64,000 nt of DNA from Macrostomum hystrix (lineage: Eukaryota; Animalia; Platyhelminthes). The notes under the pieces are model-generated. The model saw nothing but the letters and a program-made list of their open reading frames with translations, searched no databases and was not told the origin of the DNA. Where the stretch lies: NCBI GenBank assembly GCA_950097015.1, contig CATNEN010000038.1, forward strand, positions 30,008,001-30,072,000, given 5' to 3'. Numbering within the stretch: the stretch's first letter is position 1; each line of letters begins with the position of its first letter. Of this stretch, positions 1-14,000 are shown piece by piece. A program made the position numbers and the translations under genes.

Positions 1-1629
1 ACGGTTCTTGCTACGATTCATGCTACGGTTCTTGCTACGATTCATGCTACGGTTCTTGCTACGATTCTTGTTACGATTCTTGCTACGATTCTTGCTACGA
101 TTCTTGCTACGGTTCTTGCTACGATTCTTGTTACGATTCTTGCTACGATTCTTGCTACGATTCTTGCTACGATTCTTGTTACGATTCTTGTTACGATTCT
201 TGCTACGATTCATGCTACGGTTCTTGCTACGATTCATGCTACGGTTCTTGCTACGATTCATGCTACGGTTCTTGCTACGATTCTTGTTACGATTCTTGCT
301 ACGATTCATGCTACGGTTCTTGCTACGATTCATGCTACGGTTCTTGCTACGATTCATGCTACGGTTCTTGCTACGATTCTTGTTACGATTCTTGCTACGA
401 TTCTTGCTACGATTCTTGTTACGATTCTTGCTACGATTCATGCTACGGTTCTTGCTACGATTCATGCTACGGTTCTTGCTACGATTCATGCTACGGTTCT
501 TGCTACGATTCTTGTTACGATTCTTGCTACGATTCATGCTACGGTTCTTGCTACGATTCATGCTACGGTTCTTGCTACGATTCATGCTACGGTTCTTGCT
601 ACGATTCTTGTTACGATTCTTGCTACGATTCATGCTACGGTTCTTGCTACGATTCATGCTACGGTTCTTGCTACGATTCATGCTACGGTTCTTGCTACGA
701 TTCTTGTTACGATTCTTGCTACGATTCATGCTACGGTTCTTGCTACGATTCATGCTACGGTTCTTGCTACGATTCATGCTACGGTTCTTGCTACGATTCT
801 TGTTACGATTCTTGCTACGATTCATGCTACGGTTCTTGCTACGATTCATGCTACGGTTCTTGCTACGATTCATGCTACGGTTCTTGCTACGATTCTTGTT
901 ACGATTCTTGCTACGATTCTTGCTACGATTCTTGCTACGATTCTTGTTACGATTCTTGCTACGATTCATGCTACGGTTCTTGCTACGATTCTTGTTACGA
1001 TTCTTGCTACGATTCTTGCTACGATTCATGCTACGGTTCTTGCTACGATTCATGCTACGGTTCTTGCTACGATTCATGCTACGGTTCTTGCTACGATTCT
1101 TGTTACGATTCTTGCTACGATTCTTGCTACGATTCTTGCTACGGTTCTTGCTACGATTCTTGTTACGATTCTTGCTACGATTCTTGCTACGATTCTTGCT
1201 ACGATTCTTGTTACGATTCTTGCTACGATTCATGCTACGGTTCTTGCTACGATTCTTGTTACGATTCTTGCTACGATTCTTGCTACGGTTCTTGCTACGG
1301 TTCTTGCTACGATTCTTGTTACGATTCTTGCTACGATTCTTGCTGCGGTTCTTGCTACGGTTCTTGTTACGATTCTTGCTACGATTCTTGCTACGGTTCT
1401 TGCTACGATTCTTGTTACGATTCTTGCTACGATTCTTGCTACGATTCTTGCTACGATTCTTGTTACGATTCTTGCTACGATTCATGCTACGGTTCTTGCT
1501 ACGGTTCTTGCTACGATTCTTGCTACGATTCTTGCTACGATTCTTGCTGCGGTTCTTGCTACGGTTCTTGTTACGATTCTTGCTGCGATCCTTGCTGCGA
1601 TTCTTGCTGCGGTTCTTGCTACGATTCAT
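1..1629. repeat. 12-bp minisatellite (ACGATTCTTGCT)n, about 135 units, cut by the window start
   Basis: Direct tandem periodicity of 12 nt; variant units (CATGCT, CTTGTT, ACGGTT) recur with a 96-bp higher-order period at 418-898. Confidence 0.97.
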
Positions 1630-2274
1630 TCTCAATTCTGGCTATGCATCCAGTCGTTGTGAAAATGTTCCGTACATTTTACCGCCAGGTGAAACACTGG
1701 GGAACTAACTGTCTCTTAGTGTCTTAAAGTCACGACTTGGTGAATATAGTTTTAGGAAATTGTGTAACAATCGTAAAAAAACTGGACTTAGAAATTTGTG
1801 ACCAGTCCAGCCAGTATATTTAAGTCTACCAACTGGTATAAAAAAAGCAGCGTGGCAGAAGCCAACCACCCCCGAATTGTGACACAAAATTATTTCAAAG
1901 TGTCAGCCGACACACAAGCATGAAAGCGAATTTCAAACAACACATTGAAGCCCTATATAAATAACGTTTTGTTCTCCCTTTCAACACATTTTGCTAGCCC
2001 AAGCAGTGGTGACATACGGCCCGTTGACTGCTAAATGTCGCACTCATTGAAAGCTAGCTTTGTGTCCCTTATGCCATGCTGGTTTTGTGGGACAAGGCTT
2101 CTGGGGGGGGGGCTTTGCTGCAGAGGGTGGGAAAACAGGAAGTCACAGAACATAAAAGACCCCTATAAGGTTTTGAAAATTATACCGGACGGCGGCTGGA
2201 TCGACTGGACTTGATAAACTGCTGGTCAAGGACTGGATATTGTTGGTATGTTAGGAAAATATGCGAAAGTAAAG

Positions 2275-2700
2275 CTCCACTATTCCCTTATCTCGGTCAC
2301 TCTACTCGTTGTCCCAGTCACTATACTCCTTATCTCAGTCACTCTCTTTCTTATCTCAGTCACTCTCTTTCTTATCTCAGTCACTCTCTTTCTTATCTCA
2401 GTCACTCTCTTTCTTATCTCAGTCACTCTCTTTCTTATCTCAGTCACTCTCTTTCTTATCTTAGTCACTCTCTTTCTTATCTTAGTCACTCTCTTTCTTA
2501 TCTTAGTCACTCTCTTTCTTATCCCAGTCACTATACTCCTTATCTCAGTCACTCTCCTTCTTATCCTAGTCACTCTCTTTCTTATCTTAGTCACTCTCTT
2601 TCTTATCTCAGTCACTCTCTTTCTTATCTTAGTCACTCTATTCATGAACTCAGTCACTCAATGCCCCATCAAATTTCTCTGTTGCTAATTTCAGTCACTC
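2275..2700. repeat. 21-bp minisatellite (CTCAGTCACTCTCTTTCTTAT)n
   Basis: About 17 tandem units with degenerate edges; explains the repetitive ORFs at 2211-2810. Confidence 0.93.
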
Positions 2701-3162
2701 TGTCTATAATGGCAGTACACTTCTCTTTTTATCTCCGTCACCATCTGCACGTCAATTTAGTTTATCCTCCAATCTCGTGTTGTCCTATTATGGCCGAGTT
2801 GTTTTTCTAGTTATCCCATTGACCAGCAAAACATTGGCTAATAATGTCCGGGACATTTTCTTTCTGTTTATCATGAGCCGCGACCAAACAGGCTTAAATT
2901 AGCGGCACAGATAATTGGGTCCAAACATGACGGAAGAACCAATAGACAGACACAGATAATGGCAATGGACACGTTCAGCCAAGCAGAAATCACAAGGGAA
3001 TTCCATTTTCCAGTTCCAATAATGACCATAAATTAATGCCCCCATTGAAATATGACAAAGTTTAGTTGACTGTGCAAACTAAATACCTTAATTTTCTTAA
3101 AAAATAATGCAATAATTAATTTGATGGAGTAAAAATTCAAGTGAATGTGGCGGATCGCAGAA

Positions 3163-3980
3163 CATAAGACATCAGTCCACGGACTGAATAAGACATCAGT
3201 CCACGGACTGAATAAGACATCAGTCCACGGACTGAATAAGACATCAGTCCTCGGACTGAATAAGCCATCAGTCCATGGACTGAATAAGCCATCAGTCCAC
3301 GGAATGAATAAGACATCAGTACACGGACTGAATAAGACATCAGTACACGGACTGAATAAGACATCAGTACACGGACTGAATAAGACATCAGTCCACGGAC
3401 TGAATAAGACATCAGTCCACGGACTGAATAAGACATCAGTCCACGGACTGAATAAGACATCAGTCCACGGACTGAATAAGACATCAGTCCTCGGACTGAA
3501 TAAGCCATCAGTCCATGGACTGAATAAGCCATCAGTCCACGGAATGAATAAGACATCAGTACACGGACTGAATAAGACATCAGTCCACGGACTGAATAAG
3601 ACATCAGTCCACGGACTGAATAAGACATCAGTCCTCGGACTGAATAAGCCATCAGTCCATGGACTGAATAAGCCATCAGTCCACGGAATGAATAAGACAT
3701 CAGTACACGGACTGAATAAGACATCAGTCCACGGACTGAATAAGACATCAGTCCACGGACTGAATAAGCCATCAGTCCACGGAATGAATAAGACATCAGT
3801 ACACGGACTGAATTAGACATCAGTCCACGGACAGATTTGACTATCAGTCAAACTGACTGAACTATCCATCGGTCCATGGACTGAATTAGCCATCGGTCCA
3901 TGGACTGAACTAGCCATCGGTCCATGGACTGATTTAGCCATCGGTCCATGGACTGAACTATCCATCGGTCCATGGACTGA
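3163..3980. repeat. 24-bp minisatellite with an internal palindrome (CATCAGTCCACGGACTGAATAAGA)n, plus a diverged sub-array at 3855-3980
   Basis: About 28 tandem units, then about 5 units of CCATCGGTCCATGGACTGAA-type; each main unit contains TCAGTCC-AC-GGACTGA. Confidence 0.95.
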
Positions 3981-4615
3981 ACAGGAAACATGCACACTAC
4001 ACTAGGCGTAAAATTCCTTTGGCTCGAGTTTTCAAAATAAAACCGGACCTGTACTTTTTCTCAAACAACCATTTTTAAAGACCAGACCGTCGCACAAGAA
4101 GATTATCTTGCATCCCTCCAAGCCACAAAGTCGTGTCCCCCTGACCCTTGACAGCAGCGAATTCCCACTCTTAACGGCTTTAAAAAAACTTCCTCTACCA
4201 CTTACTTGGCTGTATTCTAACCTAGATGCATCGGGACGAGCGATCGGGATCACAAGGATTTTTGGGAATCTGGCGATGGGCAGTGAAAGGATTTGTCACT
4301 GCCTGAGCCATCCAAGTCCCTAGTAACCAATTAAGAGGTATGCGATGGCCACGTGGACAGTCATAGCAACAGAAATATAAGAAAGTCTGTCATGGGTTAG
4401 TATTGCAAAGTGCCCCTACCCTTAGGGCATTGCGGAGTAGATAACATCTATTATAGTTTTATTTGTTTCAGTTTCAAGTGTGTAAAGTGAGTAGGTAAAG
4501 TGGTTAAAAACTTTGGTAGATATATTTTGACCGCTTAGACTTGAATTGCGTCTCAAATTTCATATTAATGTTCTACCTTAGTGCAATCATTTGCATTTAT
4601 ACTCGTATTTATATA

Positions 4616-4833
4616 ATTTACCCTCTCTCATTTACCCTCTCTCATTTACCCTCTCTCATTCACCCTCTCTCATTTACCCTCTCTCATTTACCCTCTCTCA
4701 TTTACCCTCTCTCATTTACCCTCTCTCATTTACCCTCTCTCATTTACCCTCTCTCATTTACCCTCTCTCATTTACCCTCTCTCATTTACCCTCTCTCATT
4801 TACCCTCTCTCATTTACCCTCTCTCATTTACCT
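4616..4833. repeat. 14-bp pyrimidine-rich minisatellite (CCCTCTCTCATTTA)n
   Basis: About 15 near-perfect tandem copies. Confidence 0.95.
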
Positions 4834-7800
4834 TCTATAATGGACCCTCCGTTGTAATGGACACCTTATATTATACCATCTCTCCTTTATAATCTATTGT
4901 ACGCCACACTCCTTTATCTCCTAGCAACAAATTTTACAGACCTAAGGTCCCGCAGTGTTTCCTAGAATTCCCACCTGGGATTTCCTCTCCATTGCTCTCC
5001 AATCGCTGGCGAATGCAATCCATCTTCTCAAGCGCGCACTGGAAAATTCTTTAAAGAAACTCTAATCTATTTAGCCACGCGACATTGCTCTCGGCTCAGT
5101 GCTTCTGAAATCTCCTCTATCTCGCTATTCTTCCAAAAAACGCCCAAAATTATAGCTTGCATAAGTCGAAGCCTTTCAGCAAAAAATAGGACTGACTTTC
5201 CAGCTCATTGGCTGCAGAAGCGATTCGGGTTTCTAAGAAAGTTCCACCGACTAAGGGATTTTCTCTAACCAACTGCAGATTTATCCTGCAGCCTCCTAAA
5301 CCGTTCGCAGTCTCCCCCCTGACTCTCTCTGTAACCGCATCATGACGACACTCATCAGTGCTCGAGTAATGAGGTTGGGAGTCTCTGGATATGGGGCAGC
5401 CGAATCCCCTAACCAACCGGCCCTCTCGACTCTCCAATTACCCGTGCATGCATGCAGTCCAGCTGTGCTTGTTGCTATGCCGTTGCCCAGCCCCCCCGAC
5501 CGGCATGGCATCATCAATAGTCGAATTGGAATCAGAATCCGTCCCATCATGATACGGCTGCAAGTCTTGCTTTTTTCTACCTTTTTCATTTTATAAAAGT
5601 ATAATACAACGGACAGGCGTCCACGGTCTATGTTCGTCTTGTTCGTCTTGGAACATGGCCACTGCCTGCGTGCGTAATAGCTTAGTCGTAGTAGATTACA
5701 GACCCCAAAATCTATCTGCCATTGATTTAATTCATATGGACCTGTCAGACTTAATGAGAAATAGATTTTTTGTATAAAATATTTTTTCCAGTCATGATCA
5801 GTGTGTGTGTGTGGGTGGACAGACAAAGCTATTACATCACTGCTAGCTATAACAGCCTATGTTCAGCTGTGAAAGCATCTAGTTATTTGCCCGCTCGATT
5901 TGAAAAAGAATAAGTCACCGTTGTGCCTTCTTAATCCATCGTATGGATTTCGCTTCATTCTTTAGCGTCCCTATGTGATAGTTTAATCCCTAACATTATA
6001 ATGCCATGGCACGGAAGATATAAAATAATCCCCGAATCCCATCCCACGCACGCTTTGATTTATTATCTGACAATTTGGGATTTGACACACCTCACTAGAC
6101 GTATATTTGAGTCCTAAAAAAGAAACAATGGAATATTGCTTATATTCTTTTTAAATTTCTAAGCCGCATTCAATTATGTCGTGCACAAATGGCTTAAATT
6201 ATTTAGGTACATAACAATTCGGGGAACACCCAAGTGTCTACTGAAGCGTTGCACCATAATTATCAATGATACAATAAGTTGTAGCTTCATTTTTGTCTAG
6301 TATCGAAACATGTCATTCAAAGTTTCACTTTCGCAGACAGTTTTTGCAGCAGCACATCCCTGCATTAAATCCTATCCTAGCTTTCTAATTGAACCTCGTG
6401 TTCCTAGCTGACAATTAGTAAATACACTGGCTTCAGGGATTATCGGGCTGAAGCCGTTCACTTGTCCCTTAGGAATTCGTTTAAAACCCCAGCCAGATTA
6501 TTAAACCGATTTTCATTTTCTTATTTTAATCCTCATCCAAATCGGTCTGCTATTATCCCAATGGGTGTCTCATGGGAGCTACACAGCATTGTCAAGGAGC
6601 TATCGATTTTCAAAAGCTTGACTTAAACCAAAACTTTTATCACTAAAAGCTGCTAGAAAATTATTTTATCGATTTTTGATCTACTGATATACAAGTAATT
6701 ATTAATAGATAGATAATGGCACCAAACCTATTGTGGAGCTTGGCTCGACCCCAGATGTAAAGCTTATAGACAATAAACACGGGAATGATATAATTTCAAA
6801 ACAAACTTAAATACGAGTTTAATTAATCTTTAATTTTGGTAATTTTTAAAAAAACTTATTACAATTATAATAATTAATAAAGAAAATTAATATAAAATTA
6901 TAATTAAATTATAATTATTATAAATTACTTTAATTTTTTAATTATTGAATTTTTTCTTGTAGTTAAATTAATTTTTTGTGATAGATTTTTCTTCTAAAGT
7001 TTTTGTCCTCACGCGAAGCCGCATTGCTTTCACGATAAGCCATTCAATGCCCTATTTTTCATAAGAGTCTATAGGAATCACTTCCCCTGCAAGAGGCTTA
7101 CGGTCGAGAGTCGGGAAAACCGGAAGCTTCCTTAAAAAACGATGAGAAAACTTCCGACCAAACTGTAGAAAAAGCAATGAAGAGCTCTTTGTTAAGGACA
7201 GGACAGGACGGAGGTCAAGAGAGGGAGTGAGCCATTTTTTTGCTATACGTTCTTCTTTTAGTAGCTTCATTGAAATTGTTTTTTTTCAATCGTAGAACCT
7301 AAAGTATCACGCCTGTACGGTCTGTGCAGAGCAGTACATTCAAAAATCTTTCTTAGAAAGAGAGCACAGTGCCGACCTCCTTACCCGAAGCTGAGGCAAT
7401 TCAGGTTACGCCATGCAGTTTGTGTCGGTTCAAGCAGAAAGAGCAGAGGCAGAGTGGGAGTGGCATTTGATGGGGTCATTTTTTTCTTCCTAAAAAAGAA
7501 AAAAAGAAAAAATGCCGTCTTTGAAGGACACATCCGACCAGGGCATGCGCCAGACTCTGTTCAGCGGGGCCTTGGCTTCCTGTCTGCAGTCAGAAGCTGA
7601 GACTGTCTTGAGCTCCTCAGCCGCAGACCGTAGCCCCCTCACCCCCGATCTAAAATGTTTCCGAATCAAAAAGGTCCACTGACACATTTCAATCTCAGCC
7701 AGATTTCATTGTGAGCTGGAGTCGCAATGGCTTACCCTAATCCTCAGACTCCCAGCTGAAGTTGGTCTTTCTTATCTTCAACAATTATTCCAGACTTTGA

Positions 7801-7954
7801 TTTTTCCATTATCATCTTGATCTGGAGTTTTTTATTTCCTTTCAAACTCTGAATCGAGACGCACTTTTCATATTTGAGCTAGTCTGTATTTGGCAGATAA
7901 TTTTTTATCTAAATAAGGAACTTCTAGACCCTTTCATCCTCTCTCCCACCCTAT

Positions 7955-8081
7955 CGTCACCCCTCTCTCATCCTCTCTCTCACCTCTCTCTCACCCTCTC
8001 TCTCACCCTCTCTCTCACCCTCTCTCTCACCCTCTCTCTCACCCTCTCTCTCACCCTCTCTCTCACCCTCTCTCTCACCCT
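7955..8081. repeat. 12-bp minisatellite (CACCCTCTCTCT)n directly upstream of a 3' splice site
   Basis: About 10 copies ending just before CGCAG at 8082-8086. Confidence 0.9.
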
Positions 8082-8086
8082 CGCAG

Positions 8087-11000
8087 TGCAGCAGTTTCCA
8101 TATTCTCTGAAATCATACTTAAGCCAAAAAGCGAAGGCACTAATATTTGATTTCAAATCCCAATTGCAGCATCTGTACAGACCCTACCATGAGATGCCGC
8201 ATCATCACCGATCGGACTACCTGGCCATGGAACACGTGTCGCTTACCTGCGGCAGGGGCGGCGGCGCTGGCGGACACAACACATTCATGCGGGGACCTCA
8301 GCTGCAGCAGAAGATGTCCGGTCAGCCATCGCCGAGGGTGAGTTAAACAATATTTTATAATTGCAATAAAATACGAATTTAAGGAGTGCTTTGGGCAATG
8401 GCACATCATTTGGTTACACCGCTCGTTTAACTCGTTTAACTCATCCCCTCTAACAATAATCTCTTAGAGAAGTGGAAATGTATACTCTAGAAGTGTAATG
8501 CGGTATCCTAGGCAACGATTCATTTAGTTATCCTTTTTCCAGTCTGATTTTCTCGCACAGTCATTTTCCCATGAGATAGCAAGAATTGCCACATATTTCG
8601 AACTGCTGGCAAGGACAGAAAAGTGGTGAGAAAATTATCTTCAGAAAGAAAATTGTCTCTCTTCTATAGAAGTAAAAGAACTTCGTGTGCCTTCCAGGTC
8701 GGCATTTCCCATTCCGCTAATCAATGAAAAAATGAAAGTAATTAAGAATCAAGTAAAGCTTAATATAGAATATGAGATCTAGCAGTAAGTGTCATTAATT
8801 GATTACTGACTGAATAGAAAAAAACAATTTCTTTGGAGACATCAACTTAAAAAATAATCAACTGTCTGCGTTTAGTCCAAGACCGAAGGGGAAAAAAAGA
8901 AGCTTCCACAATGAACGCTTAGTAACGAGTGTGGCACTGGCCCCCTTAAAATACTTTGGGAGGAGTCGTTAAACTAAGACGAGTTTGTAAGCCTCCTGCC
9001 GTTAAAGACTCAAGATCTGCATGGGTTTTTTAGGCCCTACGCAACAAATCAATCACTCAAAACAGCGAGACAGACAGGGGACGCGCCGCATTGGGAGACC
9101 GAAAATTTCTGGCGCCAAAGCAACCACTTCAAATCTGGATTGGTTGTAAAGTTTTTATTCTTTGCTTTTTATCTTTACTTTAACTTTTCAAACTCAAACT
9201 CAATGAGATGCTTCTCGTCTCGAATTGTTAGACGGAGATCGCTAATGCATCGAGGCAATTCAAATCATGGCATGGCAACTGAATAAAAGCGCTTTTTTGT
9301 TTCTTAACTAGGAGATGGTGCTCTCCACTTCGGATCGCAGCTCTGTGTCTTTGAGCAGGCCAGGTGGGTTGGTTTGAGCAGGGGTCAAGTTACCGCGTGC
9401 ACAGAGCTCGGCTGACAGAAAGAGTGGGTGGAACACAGGCAGTCTGCGTATATGCTCAACAGAGCCTACAGCACAAGTGGATTGTTAGTCGCTAAGTCAT
9501 AACCACTCGTCACTCCCTTTCCGTCTCCAACGTTTCTCTCTGACTTATTTCCTCTGTGCTCAAGCCACCGCTACCACTAAAGCTTGGCCTTATCTAGACC
9601 ACTGATCCGTTCCGTTTTGCTACATTGAAGATTTTTAATTGGACAGAAGGTCAATCTCTGACTGCAATGGAGCCATCTGAGACTGGTCTTAGCGGATAGA
9701 TAGACAGAATAGATAGGGGCAAAACGAGATGGAATGAGATGGAGTCAGTGAGACCTCTGGATTGATGCTATGACTAACTTTCATGCCTTTAGGTCCAGGG
9801 ATGCGCTGCGAGTTTTTGTATGGGGATCAGGTCGAGGGCTAATTGTGATGACGCAATCACGAATTCGCCATTCCCTCCTCTCGTTTTCTCTCTTTGTGTG
9901 TGATTGTGCGTGAGCCAACATTTTCGTCGGCACCGACTTGCCCCCTCCCCAATAACACCCTCCGGTTCAATGCGTGATTACTGCACAGCTGCTTACACAA
10001 ACGCCATGGCACTCCCAGTAGTCCTAGAGCCCATTTTCTGGAGGGAAGGCCATTTATCCTTCTTTTCTTTTCCTTAATTTCCTCTTCGTCGAGTCTGCAC
10101 AGCTGAAGAGTGTCTGTCCAGTCATTGGCGCGCTGGACAAACCGCTTCGTGTTGCGTGCCAGAAAGTATCGAAGCTCTCCTAGAAGGAGGAGAGGTCCAC
10201 GGTCTTTCGTGACGCGATCAGCTAGATTGATGCGGCTTGAAACAGCAAAGAGGCTAGGGGAGCGAACAACTCAAAAAGTTGATTACCATTTTAGGGTCCT
10301 ATCAGCATGATTTGAAGCCTTTCCAATTTCACTGAGCTGTGGCATCATAAACGTGTGTCCAGAGAAGCGTAAGAGCATTATAAGCTGGTGACAAAGGCTG
10401 ACCCATATGCAGGCTCGGGAATTGAGAGGCCACACTTTCTCTTTATTTTCTGTCTGTCTGTCTGTGTGTGTGTGGGGGGCTCCTGAAGCATCGACTAGAT
10501 CATAACGCATGAGGCATCCGTATTGATCTAGACACGCTACTGGCCCGCATAGGGTCTCCCAATCGGAAATTGATATGACAAAGGCGCTTCACGAGTCCAG
10601 CCTGCAGTAGCCCATCAATCTGGAACAACTGAGACAGCTTTACAATTCAATCTCAGTTTATGACTTTAGGGTGTCCATATTCCCACCAACCTATTCTTAA
10701 CCGAAGTGAATTTCAAGTGGATAGGTGTGAAATATTGCAGCTGTTTAACCACAATAACAATTTTCTATAATTTTAGCATGCCAGAAAATTAGTTTATTTA
10801 GACCAATAATCTAATCCGCGAAACAATACGCTAATTAAATTGTCGATACAAAATACTAGATTGGGACCAGAACTGTAATTAGTTATATTTATTTCCTAGA
10901 AAATATGATTATCTTCAATTGAAACTGCATCCCGTAAAGCTATTTAAGCAAGTTATTTCAAGACAGGTGGCCCAATACATACAGAGCTTCGTCAGTAAAC

Positions 11001-14000
11001 AAAGCTTTCATTAGTGTGTGCCACAAATTCGATGTCATCATTATTTGTGGGCGGTCCTTCGATTTGGGAGTCTGATTGCAACACAAGAAAACTTTCCTCA
11101 AATCTCAATTCATTCAACAGCTCTGTGAAGAAATTTCCCCACTCTAGCTCCCATCGCTGCCTCGGGGCATAAACCCAGATTGAGTTGGGATATTATGCGC
11201 TCCCACATTTTCCCGGGACATCTATCACTCTCACGGGCTGTTTCTTTGCTCAGCCTGATGGGGGGCTTTCAGCGCCGGTGAAGGAGAAGCAGATTTTTTA
11301 AGTGGTTTCGCCTGCTCAAATTTTTTTGTTCAGCTTTTTTTGCTCCATTCCAATTATAAATGGACGAATTTGTCAGTAAAGGAAAAAAATGAAGAAAACG
11401 ATGGGGATCTGGAAAGACAACGTTTGCTTTTCCCTCTTCCAACCACACTTTCTCCACCCCTACGACAGCCAGGTAGCCCGAGGCCTTAGGGATGGAGCAT
11501 ATATCTAGCTCGTAGTTGTGATCCTCAAACAAACACCTGGGTGTTAAGCAAACAGTTTGGCAGTGGAGAATGAGAAAAAAAGCTTCCACTGATGATGCCA
11601 TAATCCTCAGCGCCTTGCTATGCTGGTGCATAAAAAGTCCCGCATTTTGTGGCACCAGCTCAGAAATCGCGAACCAATTAATCCCATTTCCTACGTAGGA
11701 AGAATTACAAGACATGGGATTCAATATGATTCTACTATCAAACTTTTTTATCCTCTATATAGGCTACCACGTCGGTGAAACTCAAAGCTTAAAAAATACG
11801 TTTTATTTTAAACTCGCGACTCTTGACTTTTTTTGTAACAATTTTGTAGCATAAGCAAGCTTCACTTCTTCATTTTTTAATTGATGCGGGCTAAAACATC
11901 ATCACCCGCCAACAATGGAACCAGTACAGTCTGATATGGCCAACGGTTTAAATTTTTGTTCTCAAATTAACAAATTCCTATGCCAAAATTAGATGAAAAT
12001 GGAGAATGAAATGAAATTTGTATAAAAAATTAGCGACAGCTCAGTGGCGTGAAACAATGACGGAAAGTTGCGTTACAAATTAATCTTTACTTTAAATTTT
12101 AATTTTTAGTCTTTTATCATTTACAAAGCTGTGAGAATCTCTCTTGGGGTTCGTCAAGTAGAGCGATAGTGACTGTGTTTATGACATTTCAAAGCTTCCG
12201 GTACGACGACAAAAACAAGCTTTGAAAATCCAATGGCTCGATAGAAAAGCGATGGCAATTTAATTACTATAATAATTACGATTTGTCGACTTGCAAACCC
12301 ACTTTGGCCCCCAAGCAAATATACCCGGATCCGTTCTCCCCTGCCCGAGAAATTTACGCATCGCTTGGTGAAGTCAGACAGCAGGACGGAAGGAAGTCTT
12401 CAGGGTCCAATGCCTCACTGCAAATCTGCGAGAACTCAAAGTTATGCCTGGATGTGTGAACATTTTTTTGTTATTCTGAAGTCAACATTGATCCACACAC
12501 AGCACAGGCACACAACAACTATCTGATAATTTTCTCCCACCTGGACGTAGCTGTACCTGGACTGTACGAAACGATAAATATAGACTTGACTGATCACCAT
12601 TCATATATGATCTGGAATGACTAGTTAGCCAAATATTAGGAGCCTAATTCAAGAAACTGACTATTAATATTTGCTAAAGAGGTGTGGGCACTGAGCCCTG
12701 AGCACACACTCACACTGGTGTGTACATCTGTCCTGACTTTCTCATCTTCAGGCTGTGTACACTCTCGAGTGCCTTGTAGTTTAGCCCTCAAGGGTGTAAA
12801 CTTGTACTAATAGTCCCAAAGCCTTCTCTCCGCTGTTGCGTCGTAAAATAATTATGGGAAATATTAATTTGCCTGCAAAAAAATGAAAACAACTTTGACA
12901 AGCAATTAGCTCAAGACTTGGAAACGGTTCCAATTTAAGCGTCTCAAGCCAAAAATTTACCTGCTGTCAGGTAAGGCACGAAATAATGAGTGTGTAAATG
13001 TTTATTACACAAAGATGAATCAGTGAAACAAGGCGACAACATTCTTGTTGAAGTTTTTTCAGCTCTCACACATTTTCCTAGCTATATAATAGTTTGGCCA
13101 AGAATGCATTCGAAAACTGTCAATCAGACCGGTTCCATTTTCTACTGATTATAACTGAGACTGATGAATAGGGTCTAGGAGTGGGCTCTTGTGTTTTTGT
13201 TGCTTTGATTTTGGCTAAGAATGAAGTAAATCTGTGTCTCCGCCCTCTCATTAATGAGGCCTGTATTACATACGCTATCGAGGAGCACGGACGATGCAGC
13301 AAGTTTCTGTTTTCGCCTTTTACCACCGAGGCGCAGGAAAGTTAAAGGTTTCGTCGCTAATTTCTCGTCTGTTCAAGCTGTGCAAACTTGAAAGTGTATA
13401 TCGTAGCACAACACATTGCTGTGCATGGGAACTGTAATAGTTTTCTGAAGCATAATTTAAATGACTACAGAAATTAAAGTGTTCTCTATTTATAAGGAGG
13501 GCAACTTACGAATTTTCAACCCGAGCAATGAGAAGGAAAATCGGTAATGTGTGGCGGTGTGCGCTGTTGTGTGTAGCAGTGACTGACTGTCGATTCGCTT
13601 TTTACGACTTAATTTCCTTCTCTCAGCTTCTCACAGACGCAGCAAATTAGTGTTGCTTGGTTTCTGTAATTTACTTATTCTTAAAGAACGCACCTTTAAA
13701 TACTGCTTGACACTTTCATGAGAAGACTTCAGCAATTAAAATTAATAAAATAGTATTTAATGATTGAAACAATGGCCGCTGTCTGCTATTAAATGCCTGC
13801 AGTTTAGGTGAGGAAAGCAAACAATGCCTCACAAAGCAGCATTTACAAACTCATAAACTCATGAAGCTAAAGCCAGACACCTGTCAGTGTCTGCTTAGGT
13901 TTAACAGAAAAATGCTTAATAATAGTAAGCATGGGAAACTATTTAGTGCAGCATCTTGGTGTCTTATAGTTATAACTTTGTTCTTTACTTAGCCAGAAAT

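Noticed and set aside
8-1708. 566-aa (LLRF)n ORF
   Set aside because: Translation of a stop-free 12-bp minisatellite; no domain or splice context.
3163-3830. CRISPR-like palindromic repeats
   Set aside because: Units are head-to-tail with no unique spacers, there are no cas genes, and the context is eukaryotic.
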